The notes below the pieces were generated by a model. That model was not told the DNA's origin. It made no database searches and was given only the letters and a program-made list of their open reading frames with translations. A stretch of DNA of 26,088 bases from a virus (taxonomy: Duplodnaviria > Caudoviricetes): positions 1-26,088 of IMG/VR virus record IMGVR_UViG_3300017785_002555. The stretch is one strand, 5' to 3'. Position 1 is the first letter of the stretch; each line of letters opens with the position of its first letter. Positions 7,603 to 15,599 of the stretch are shown here, piece by piece. The position numbers and the translations under genes were made by a program.

Positions 7603-8622
7603 ATGGCAACTCTTTCTGCAACCGCACTCACGCTGGCCGATTGGGCCAAACGTATTGATCCCGAAGGCCGTGTACCAGTAGTCGCCGAACTGCTGTCACA
7701 GTCAAATGAAATCCTCGAAGACTGCATGTTCAAGGAAGGCAACCTGCCTACCGGCGAGCGCGTAGTTATTCGTACTGGCCTGCCGACCGTTTACTGGCGC
7801 GCACTCAACCAAGGTATCCCAAACTCCAAATCGACCACAGCACAGGTTGACGAGGCTTGCGGCATCCTTGAAGCTCGCTCGGAAGTCGACAAAGATCTGG
7901 CCATGCTGAACGGCAACACGGCTCAATTCCGCCTGTCGGAAGATACCGCGTTCCTCGAAGCAATGAACCAGACTCAGGCAACCACGCTGTTCTACGGCAA
8001 CCCCGGTACTGATCCTAAGCAGTTCCTCGGTCTGGCTGCTCGTTACTCCAGCCTGTCAGGCGGCAACGCTCAGAACATCCTGTCCGCAGGCGGCTCTGGC
8101 TCTGACAATACTTCGATCTATCTCGTGGTTTGGGGTGACAACACTGTCTACTGCCCATTCCCGAAAGGCTCGAAAGCTGGTCTGATCCATGAAGATCTGG
8201 GCGAGCAGACTGTCTACAACAGCGATGGCACCCGTCTGCAGGCATACGCAACACGTTACCAGTGGAAAAACGGTCTGGTCGTTAAAGACTGGCGCTATGT
8301 CGTTCGCATCTGCAACATCGATGTGTCCGATCTGATCGCTCAAACTGGCACACAAGCTGCAAACGTATCGACAGCAATCATCAAGCTGATGGCTCGCGCT
8401 CTGTATCGTATCCCGAACATGAGCATGGGTCGCGCTGCTTTTTACATGAACCGCACTGTGCACTCTGGTTTGGCTCTGGCCGCTCTGGATAAGTCGCAGT
8501 ACGTTCTGAAGATCGAGCAGGGTCTGACACAGTTTGGTCAGCCTAACAGCTGGCTGTCGTTCTTGGGCGTCCCTCTGCGCCGTGTTGACGCTATCCTCAA
8601 CACCGAAGCAGTCGTGTCCTAA
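7603..8622 (+). CDS. Major capsid protein (BPP-1 Bbp17/epsilon15 gp7 type, HK97 fold)
   Basis: 339 aa, SD CAGGAG. 'LTLADWAKR.DP', 'ELLSQSNEILED', 'RTGLPTVYWRALNQG', 'DWRYVVRICNID', 'FLGVPLRRVDAILNTEA'. Confidence 0.95.
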   Translation: MATLSATALTLADWAKRIDPEGRVPVVAELLSQSNEILEDCMFKEGNLPTGERVVIRTGLPTVYWRALNQGIPNSKSTTAQVDEACGILEARSEVDKDLAMLNGNTAQFRLSEDTAFLEAMNQTQATTLFYGNPGTDPKQFLGLAARYSSLSGGNAQNILSAGGSGSDNTSIYLVVWGDNTVYCPFPKGSKAGLIHEDLGEQTVYNSDGTRLQAYATRYQWKNGLVVKDWRYVVRICNIDVSDLIAQTGTQAANVSTAIIKLMARALYRIPNMSMGRAAFYMNRTVHSGLALAALDKSQYVLKIEQGLTQFGQPNSWLSFLGVPLRRVDAILNTEAVVS

Positions 8623-8649
8623 TCAACCAGAATCGAAAGGAAATAAATC

Positions 8650-9084
8650 ATGATTACCGATAAACTGCTTCGCGTTTCGGAAGATCAAGCACTCACAACG
8701 ACTGCTGTTTCGACCGACACTATCGATCTGTCAGTAGCTCGCGACATTGGCGAAGGCCAAGATCTCTTTATGAACTTTGCAGTGACCACGGCTTTGGCTG
8801 GCGGCACCTCTGTCAAGTTTGAAGTGATTGCTGCAACCAATGCCGCATTATCCTCTGGTGTTGTCGTAATTGGCTCTTCTGATGCAGTCTTGACCGCATC
8901 ACTGGTTGCTGGTTACAACACAGCAGTTCGTATCAACCCGCAAATCGCGTCCACTGGCCAGCGCTATCTTGGCGCTCGCTACACCATCTCCGGCACCTAT
9001 ACCTCTGGTAAGGTAACGGCTGATGTTGTGATGGATATCCAAGACGGTAAGAAGTACTACGCATCTGGCTTCGCCGTCGTTTAA
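8650..9084 (+). CDS. Capsid cement/decoration protein (Bbp16-like)
   Basis: 'MITDKLL..SEDQALT...STDTIDL...RDIGEG', 'RYLGARYTISGT.TSGKVTA'. Follows the major capsid gene, SD AAAGGA. Confidence 0.85.
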   Translation: MITDKLLRVSEDQALTTTAVSTDTIDLSVARDIGEGQDLFMNFAVTTALAGGTSVKFEVIAATNAALSSGVVVIGSSDAVLTASLVAGYNTAVRINPQIASTGQRYLGARYTISGTYTSGKVTADVVMDIQDGKKYYASGFAVV

Positions 9085-9099
9085 TGAAAGGAAAGCACT

Positions 9100-9306
9100 A
9101 TGCCTACATACCGAGTTCTAGAAAAATCATTTATCAACAATGCCATCCGCGAGGAAGGCGAGCTTGTTGAGTATGATGGCAAAGCCGGTTCAAATCTTGA
9201 GCTGGTAGATGGCTCTGATGATGATCAGGCAAAAGCTCCCAAACGTAAATGGGAGAAGAAGTCTCAAGCAACTGAAGAGCAGAACGAAGTAGAAGGCTCG
9301 GTGTAA
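9100..9306 (+). CDS. Small hypothetical virion-associated protein
   Basis: 68 aa, SD AAAGGA. 'YRVLEKSFINNAIREEGELVEYDGKAGSNLE'. Last gene before the terminator. Confidence 0.75.
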   Translation: MPTYRVLEKSFINNAIREEGELVEYDGKAGSNLELVDGSDDDQAKAPKRKWEKKSQATEEQNEVEGSV

Positions 9307-9327
9307 TCTTTCGAAGCCGTAATTACT

Positions 9328-9356
9328 GGGGCCGTCGGGAAACCACGGCCCCTTTT
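9328..9356 (+). terminator. Rho-independent terminator after the capsid genes
   Basis: Stem GGGGCCGT (9328-9335)/ACGGCCCC (9345-9352) with inner GG-GAAA-CC tetraloop, followed by TTTT (9353-9356). Confidence 0.85.
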
Positions 9357-9371
9357 ACATAGGAGTCAAGC

Positions 9372-10052
9372 ATGGCATCCGAAGTCGACATCGTAAATTT
9401 GGCGCTATCTCATATCGGTGACCGTGCCAATGTCTCCAGCATCAACCCGCCGGAGCAATCAATGCAGGCAGAGCTGGCTGCACGGTTTTATCCAATCGCG
9501 CGAGATACTTTGCTTGAGATGCATACGTGGTCGTTTGCAACTCGCAGAGATTATTTGGCGCAGCTAACTAACACATGGGACCAATGGCAATATGCATACG
9601 CATATCCACAAAGTGTCGCCAAGATTATTGCAGTCATACCACCAGAAGCAAACGACGATTATTCAAGCAGGTTTGGCATCACGAATGTTTACGGAATTTC
9701 AGAGACTTACAGTCCAGTTGTCGCCGCTGGCCATTATGTACCTCAGCCTTTTGCAGTTGAAAGCGATTCAACTGGCGCGCGCATCATTTACACGAATCAA
9801 GAAAACGCGATCTGCAGATACACAACTTTTGTAACAGACACAACGAAGTTTTCGTCATTGTTTACTTTGACATTGTCGTGGCATCTAGCATCTATGATGG
9901 CTGGCCCAATCATTAAAGGCGAAGTCGGAGCCGCTGAGGCTGGAAGATGCACAAAGATGATGGTCGGCTTTTTGTCTCAGGCAAAAATGTCTGATTCTGA
10001 TCAACGTGACAGCAAACCTGAGCACATTGTGCAATGGGTCGCCGGGAGATAA
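9372..10052 (+). CDS. Tail adaptor / tail tubular protein A (T7 gp11-like)
   Basis: 'SEVDIVNLALSHIG', 'ARDTLLEMHTWSFATRR', 'WQYAYAYP', 'IYTNQENA', 'LSWHLASMMAGPI'. SD TAGGAG. Confidence 0.88.
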   Translation: MASEVDIVNLALSHIGDRANVSSINPPEQSMQAELAARFYPIARDTLLEMHTWSFATRRDYLAQLTNTWDQWQYAYAYPQSVAKIIAVIPPEANDDYSSRFGITNVYGISETYSPVVAAGHYVPQPFAVESDSTGARIIYTNQENAICRYTTFVTDTTKFSSLFTLTLSWHLASMMAGPIIKGEVGAAEAGRCTKMMVGFLSQAKMSDSDQRDSKPEHIVQWVAGR

Positions 10053-10054
10053 TT

Positions 10055-10441
10055 ATGCCAATTGATATGAGCAAATACGCCAGCGTTTTGTATGCAAATC
10101 AAAATACTGGTCCTGATCAAATGGATGACAGCATGTACAGGCCAGATGGCTCAATCAAAAGCATGAAGGGTTATCTTGGCCCAATGGAGCGCCCAGATGG
10201 CACGGTATCAACGGAGATATCAGCAGGCTTTGAGATTGATGGCAAAGAAATGGATATACCGCTTATGGTGCCCGGATTGACCAAAGCAGAAATTGATTAT
10301 CTTTTGACTGCTGACATGGATAGCGAAGACTTTTTTAAAAATATGCCTGAGTCAATTCAAGACAAGGCTATTGAGCATGCAAAAAAGCGCATAAAAGAAG
10401 GTAAAAATGTCTTTTATCAGGACGGTGAGGAGACACAATAA
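10055..10441 (+). CDS. Uncharacterised 128-aa protein inserted between adaptor and nozzle genes
   Basis: SD GGGAG at 10044-10048, ATG at 10055. Globular part 'RPDGSIKSMKGYLGP...TEISAG.EIDGKEMDIPLMVPGLT...KAIEHAKKRIKEG'. Stop overlaps the nozzle ATG (TAATG). Confidence 0.75.
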   Translation: MPIDMSKYASVLYANQNTGPDQMDDSMYRPDGSIKSMKGYLGPMERPDGTVSTEISAGFEIDGKEMDIPLMVPGLTKAEIDYLLTADMDSEDFFKNMPESIQDKAIEHAKKRIKEGKNVFYQDGEETQ

Positions 10442-12885
10442 TGCCATCAACCCGCACCCTTATACGATCATTTGCAGGCGGCGAGATGTCGCCAGAGATG
10501 TTTGGTCGAATTGATGATGTAAAGTTTCAATCTGGTGCGGCAAAAGTGCGAAACTTTATTGTTACTCCACAAGGTCCGGCAGAAAACAGGCCCGGCACGA
10601 CGTTTGTTCGTGAGGTCAAGGATTCAACAAAGCGCACACGGCTTATTCCGTTTACGTTTTCAACAACGCAAACTATGGTTATTGAAATCGGCGCAGGCTA
10701 CTTCCGATTTCACACCAATGGTGCCACGCTTTTGGCTGGTAGCCCTGCTGCTTACAATGGTGCAACTGCCTACACTGTCGGCGCATTGGTAAGTTCTGGA
10801 GGTGTCAATTATTATTGCATCGCCAATACCACAGGCAACGCACCGCCAAACGCAACGTATTGGTATCCGCTTCCAACCGCGGCCTATGAAATTCCAAATC
10901 CATATGCTGAATCAGATTTGTTTGACATACACCATGTGCAGTCATCAGATGTTTTGACACTTGTTCATCCGGGATATCCACCAAGGGAGCTGCGTCGACA
11001 AGGCGCTACACAATGGGTTCTTAGCACGATTAATTTTGGCGCTCCAATATCTCCGCCCGGCACTGTTACAGCAACTGCTAGTGGTCACACAACAGCAAAG
11101 TACACGTACTCATACAAGGTAACGGCAATTGCTTCTGACGAAGTAAATGAATCTATAGGATCGTCAACTGCATCAGCAAGTGGAAACTTACTCGAGACTG
11201 GCGGCATTGTTACTATTTCATGGTCTACAGTATCCGGAGCATCGTTGTATCGTGTTTACAAATTGCAAGGTGGTGTGTTTGGATACATTGGACAAACGAC
11301 TACGTTATCAATTATTGATGACAACATAGCGCCGGATTTGAGCGTAAGCCCACCAAACTACGACAGCGTTTTTGCCAGCTCAAATAATTACCCCGGTGCA
11401 GTGTCTTATTTTGAGCAACGTAGATGTTTTGCTGGAACAAACAATGACCCACAAAAAATGTGGATGACAAAATCTGGCACTGAATCAAACATGAGTTATT
11501 CATTGCCAATTAAGGATGATGACCGCATTGCGTTCAAAGTGGCAGCTCGTGAAGCAAATACCATTCGACATATTGTCCCGCTGTCGCAATTGGTGTTGCT
11601 GACTAGCGCTGCCGAATGGCGCGTGACATCAATCAACTCAGACGCTATTACTCCAACATCGATCTCGGTTCAGCCGCAGTCTTATATCGGCGCATCCAAT
11701 GTGCAGCCATCAATCATCAATAATGCCATGGTGTATTGCGCATCACGCGGTGGCCATGTGCGAGAGCTTGGCTATTCGTGGCAATCAAATGGTTTTATTA
11801 CTGGCGACTTATCGTTACGAGCGGCTCACTTGTTCGATGATTATGAAATCGTTGACATGTGCTACAGCAAAGCGCCAAAACCAATCATTTGGTTTGTGTC
11901 GAGCTCAGGTTATCTGCTTGGCCTAACCTATGTCCCAGAACAGCAAATTGGTGCATGGCATTGGCATGATACTGATGGCTTGTTCGAGAGCTGTACGACA
12001 GTGGCGGAGGGCGCAGAGGATGTGCTATATGTTGTTGTGCGACGCACAATAAACAATGTCAGTAAGCGCTATATCGAGCGCATGAGCACTCGCAAATTCG
12101 CAAATCAAGTTAATGCGTTTTTTGTTGACTCTGGGTCAACATATAACGGGACCAATACTACGGCAACGACGGTGACTGTAACTACGGGTGCCGGCTGGAC
12201 TCCGTCTGACACTTTGACCATTACTGCATCGACCGGAATTTTTAGTTATCCCGGAACCTCAGATGTGGGCGATCAGATTGTTTTGACGGCTTCTGATGGC
12301 ATTAAGTACTTGCTGACAATCAGCAGTACATCATCATCGACAGTGGCCACAGCGCGCGTCAACAGAACGCTGGTGGCTGAATTCAGGGCAACTCCCATAT
12401 CGGCTTATTCTTTTGCCAGAAATTCAATCAGCGGCCTTACATGGCTTGAGGGAAAGACAGTAAGCATCCTGATTGATGGTGCGGTCCATCCACAGCGCGT
12501 GGTGACATCTGGAACGATCACGCTGGAACAACCCGGGACAATTATTCATATTGGCCTGCCATACGAATCCGACCTGCAGACACTGCCTATGGCTATGCAA
12601 ATTGATGGCGCGTTTGGTCAGGGCCGGGTCAAAAACGTAAACAAAGTGACCATGAGGGTTTATAGGTCATCTGGTATTTTTATTGGTCCAAATGAAGATA
12701 ATTTGATTGAGGCCAAACAGCGTACCAGCGAACCTTATGGCTCTGCGCCGGCATTGAAATCTCAGGAAATTGACATCAATTTAACGCCCGAATGGACGGA
12801 CGGCGGACAGGTATTTGTTAGACAACAAGACCCGTTACCATTGACAATTATCAACTTGTCTTTTGAAGTCGCCGTTGGCGGATAA
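10441..12885 (+). CDS. Tail nozzle / tail tubular protein B (T7 gp12 / P22 gp10-like)
   Basis: 814 aa. 'SFAGGEMSP..GRID', 'NFIVTPQGPAENRPGT', 'RLIPFTFS', 'YPGAVSYFEQR', 'QQIGAWHWHDTDG', C-terminal 'QQDPLPLTI'. Confidence 0.9.
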   Translation: MPSTRTLIRSFAGGEMSPEMFGRIDDVKFQSGAAKVRNFIVTPQGPAENRPGTTFVREVKDSTKRTRLIPFTFSTTQTMVIEIGAGYFRFHTNGATLLAGSPAAYNGATAYTVGALVSSGGVNYYCIANTTGNAPPNATYWYPLPTAAYEIPNPYAESDLFDIHHVQSSDVLTLVHPGYPPRELRRQGATQWVLSTINFGAPISPPGTVTATASGHTTAKYTYSYKVTAIASDEVNESIGSSTASASGNLLETGGIVTISWSTVSGASLYRVYKLQGGVFGYIGQTTTLSIIDDNIAPDLSVSPPNYDSVFASSNNYPGAVSYFEQRRCFAGTNNDPQKMWMTKSGTESNMSYSLPIKDDDRIAFKVAAREANTIRHIVPLSQLVLLTSAAEWRVTSINSDAITPTSISVQPQSYIGASNVQPSIINNAMVYCASRGGHVRELGYSWQSNGFITGDLSLRAAHLFDDYEIVDMCYSKAPKPIIWFVSSSGYLLGLTYVPEQQIGAWHWHDTDGLFESCTTVAEGAEDVLYVVVRRTINNVSKRYIERMSTRKFANQVNAFFVDSGSTYNGTNTTATTVTVTTGAGWTPSDTLTITASTGIFSYPGTSDVGDQIVLTASDGIKYLLTISSTSSSTVATARVNRTLVAEFRATPISAYSFARNSISGLTWLEGKTVSILIDGAVHPQRVVTSGTITLEQPGTIIHIGLPYESDLQTLPMAMQIDGAFGQGRVKNVNKVTMRVYRSSGIFIGPNEDNLIEAKQRTSEPYGSAPALKSQEIDINLTPEWTDGGQVFVRQQDPLPLTIINLSFEVAVGG

Positions 12886-12886
12886 T

Positions 12887-12918
12887 GTGCCCGTAAAACG
12901 CCGTGACATCGATAATGT
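12887..12918 (+). promoter_or_regulatory. Repeated junction motif copy 3 (putative late promoter for ejection-protein genes)
   Basis: GTGCCCGTA at 12887-12895, 1 nt after the nozzle stop. TAATGT at 12913-12918 (17-nt spacer, same hexamer as copy 1). Confidence 0.65.
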
Positions 12919-12942
12919 TCGGGCATTGATTGGAGAGCAACA

Positions 12943-13695
12943 ATGACTCAATACGTTCCGTTTTATGTCTCAAACAGCGCTGTCGATATGACAACAGCCG
13001 ATACGGCTATTGCGCCAGTTGAAGCAAGAGTGGTTCCTAGACGTCTTTATAGTCCTTACGTAACTAAAGCAGTTTCATTATTTAAAGAAGGATCAACATT
13101 TTTGTCGGACATGTTTACGCCGTCGGAGGCAACTTTTGCAGGCATGCAAAAAGCAGCTCCGTTTATGTTCGCTATGGGATCGATACAGTCCGCGGTAGGT
13201 TCTTACTATCAAGCTAAATCAGCGCAATATCAATACAAATCGCAGGCGCTGACCATGGACTTTCAAAAAAGCATGTCGGAGATTAATGCCCGGCAGGCAG
13301 AGTTTATGGCCCAACAAATCATTGATGTTGGCGGCAAAGAAATCAGCATGTTAAAAATGCGCGCTGGCAAAATTAAAAGCGCATCAAAAGCTAGTATGGC
13401 TGCTCGAGGTTTGCGTTTAGGTGTTGGTTCTACAGCAGAAGTAATAGCCACAACAGATCTTGTGGCCGAAATGGATGCTTTGACCATTTATGCAAATGCA
13501 ATCAAATCATCAGAAGCAGCAAGATCACAATCGACTAATTACATGAATCAAGCAATGATGCAAAACATATCTGCGGAAAACTTAAGATCTACTGCGGATA
13601 GCATTAGCCCAGTCAGTGCGGCAATGACTTCATTTGGTCAGTCGGCCAATACTTTGACAACGTCATGGTTTTTGAAAAATAAGGTGGGCTCATAA
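12943..13695 (+). CDS. Internal virion (ejection) protein, T7 gp14-position analogue
   Basis: 250 aa, Ala/Ser/Gln-rich and helical. 'SAVGSYYQAK', 'KASMAARGLRLGVGSTAEV'. First of three genes after the nozzle, SD GGAG. Confidence 0.72.
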   Translation: MTQYVPFYVSNSAVDMTTADTAIAPVEARVVPRRLYSPYVTKAVSLFKEGSTFLSDMFTPSEATFAGMQKAAPFMFAMGSIQSAVGSYYQAKSAQYQYKSQALTMDFQKSMSEINARQAEFMAQQIIDVGGKEISMLKMRAGKIKSASKASMAARGLRLGVGSTAEVIATTDLVAEMDALTIYANAIKSSEAARSQSTNYMNQAMMQNISAENLRSTADSISPVSAAMTSFGQSANTLTTSWFLKNKVGS

Positions 13696-15599
13696 TGGCA
13701 ACAGTACCCATTTACGATCAACCACAGGTTAACCCTAATGTTGGCCAAATGCAGCCAATGCAGGCGCAAACTGTTGAACCTATTCGCGATTTTACTGGCA
13801 AACAAATAGAGGAAGCTGGCCAAGCTAGGGTTGCATACGCATCCAATTTGATGCGCGTTGCGGAAAAGCAAAAAGAATTTGAAGAGCAATTATTGCTTGA
13901 TAAAAGCGAAATTGATCTTAGGACTTTTATTGTTGACTTTACCAAAGAAAATGAAGGCAGTGTAGGCGAAAAAGCAACCGGCCTTACTGAAAAGTTTTCC
14001 ACATCTTATTACAAGAAAGTATCGGAGTTTGTTACTCAATTCTCTGCTAATGGTGCTGCAGACTCTCGGCTAGTAAAAAGATTTCAAACTAAAGCAAATG
14101 AAATTGGCCTTGCTTCAATTGCAAAATTTTCTACATTTGAGGCCGCGCAAAAACAAGAAGTAAGGGTAAACAATAACAAAGCATTGGGAAAAATTTTAAG
14201 CAATACAGCATCATCTGTTCCATTTTCTTTAAAAGATGGAAAAGTATTTGATGGTCCAGAATTTGAAACAAGCAAAAAACAGCTTATAGAAAATTTAAAA
14301 AAGCGAGCTGAATTGCTTGGATACGGCGAAGATTCTGATGTTTACAAGCAGCTTGTTCAGGAAGAAATGTCATCGGTTTATATGGACCGCGTGGCCAATA
14401 TTATTAACACAAACCCACTTGCTGCACCTGCATATTTTGATCAGGTCAAAGATTTTATTACGAACGATGAGTTTAAAAATAAATTCAAAGGAATGGCAAC
14501 CAAAGTTGCTCAAGAAGCCGAGGCTGAAAAATGGGTTGAATCTAAATTTACTGATGCACTAGCAAGCAAAGACAAAAAATCTATTGCTAATTTGCGTTTA
14601 GATATCATGAAACAGTTTTCTGGTGATCAACAGAAAGTTGCTCTTCAAATATATGAGCAGCTTGAACAAAGCATGATCACGCAAAATGAACAGATTAGAA
14701 AAACTTATTCTAGCCAAGCTTGGGATCAGGTTTTGCAGACAAAAACATCATGGGGCAAAGTTGATAATACAACAAAAGAATGGCTTAGAGACAATGATCC
14801 TGATACTTACAGAAGCATAAACATATTTATTGATAACAATATACAAAACGAAAAAAACGCAATTAAAGCAGAAAGAGCAGAAGAGCGTTCGCAAAGATCT
14901 GAAGAACGAGCAATAAGATCAGAAGAAAGATCTGTAAGAAGTGAAGAAAGAGCTGAAAAAAGAGCTGAAGCACAAGAACAAAGAGAAAAAGATAGAGTTG
15001 AACGCGAAAGAAGGCGAGAAATACGTGAAGCAGCTAAAGCTCGCCAAGATGAAAAAGAAGACATGGCTTTTGGTGAACTAAGCTCAATTATGGGCAATGA
15101 TCAAAAAACATTTATTAATATGGATCTTAATAAATGGCGCACCAGACTTTCTGAATCTGATTGGAAATGGTTTAGTAAACAACAAATTGAACTTAAAAAT
15201 AAACCAGAAACTCAAAAACAAGCAACCACATTATCTAGCAGAATTAGTACTGAAGCAGATATTCTTGGCATTGGAAAAAGTGTAGTAAAGAAAGCAAGAT
15301 TTGAAAAAATTATTTATAACGAGATAGATTCATTTATTACAAATAATAATGGTAAACAACCTGATGCAAAGCAAATAAATTCAATTATTAAGGATGCAAC
15401 GAAAGAATATACAACAGGTGAATTTCTTGGAATTCGTTCTAAATCTCGTCGTTATGAACTTAACCGAGCAAAAACAGTTAATGACATACCAAAAGATCTT
15501 TTAAATGATCTTAAAGCGGATCTTAAGCGGCAAAACTTATCTGTTTCGGACCAAGAAATGGTTAACATTTACAATGTTTATATAGGCCAAAATGACTGA
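13695..15599 (+). CDS. Internal virion (ejection) protein, T7 gp15-position analogue
   Basis: 634 aa helical protein starting 'MATVPIYDQPQV', translationally coupled on both sides. AT-rich and divergent. Confidence 0.7.
   Translation: MATVPIYDQPQVNPNVGQMQPMQAQTVEPIRDFTGKQIEEAGQARVAYASNLMRVAEKQKEFEEQLLLDKSEIDLRTFIVDFTKENEGSVGEKATGLTEKFSTSYYKKVSEFVTQFSANGAADSRLVKRFQTKANEIGLASIAKFSTFEAAQKQEVRVNNNKALGKILSNTASSVPFSLKDGKVFDGPEFETSKKQLIENLKKRAELLGYGEDSDVYKQLVQEEMSSVYMDRVANIINTNPLAAPAYFDQVKDFITNDEFKNKFKGMATKVAQEAEAEKWVESKFTDALASKDKKSIANLRLDIMKQFSGDQQKVALQIYEQLEQSMITQNEQIRKTYSSQAWDQVLQTKTSWGKVDNTTKEWLRDNDPDTYRSINIFIDNNIQNEKNAIKAERAEERSQRSEERAIRSEERSVRSEERAEKRAEAQEQREKDRVERERRREIREAAKARQDEKEDMAFGELSSIMGNDQKTFINMDLNKWRTRLSESDWKWFSKQQIELKNKPETQKQATTLSSRISTEADILGIGKSVVKKARFEKIIYNEIDSFITNNNGKQPDAKQINSIIKDATKEYTTGEFLGIRSKSRRYELNRAKTVNDIPKDLLNDLKADLKRQNLSVSDQEMVNIYNVYIGQND
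14874..14957 (+). repeat. Four degenerate 21-nt tandem repeats encoding the heptad R-[AS]-E-E-R-x-x
   Basis: agagcagaagagcgttcgcaa / agatctgaagaacgagcaata / agatcagaagaaagatctgta / agaagtgaagaaagagctgaa. Confidence 0.8.

Noticed and set aside
8600-8650. Possible programmed frameshift or readthrough extension of the major capsid protein (as in T7 10A/10B)
   Set aside because: No slippery sequence before the TAA, and the next gene has its own SD.
10268-10276. GTGCCCGGA, a one-mismatch copy of the junction motif
   Set aside because: It lies inside a CDS and has no TAnnnT at the 16-17-nt spacing.
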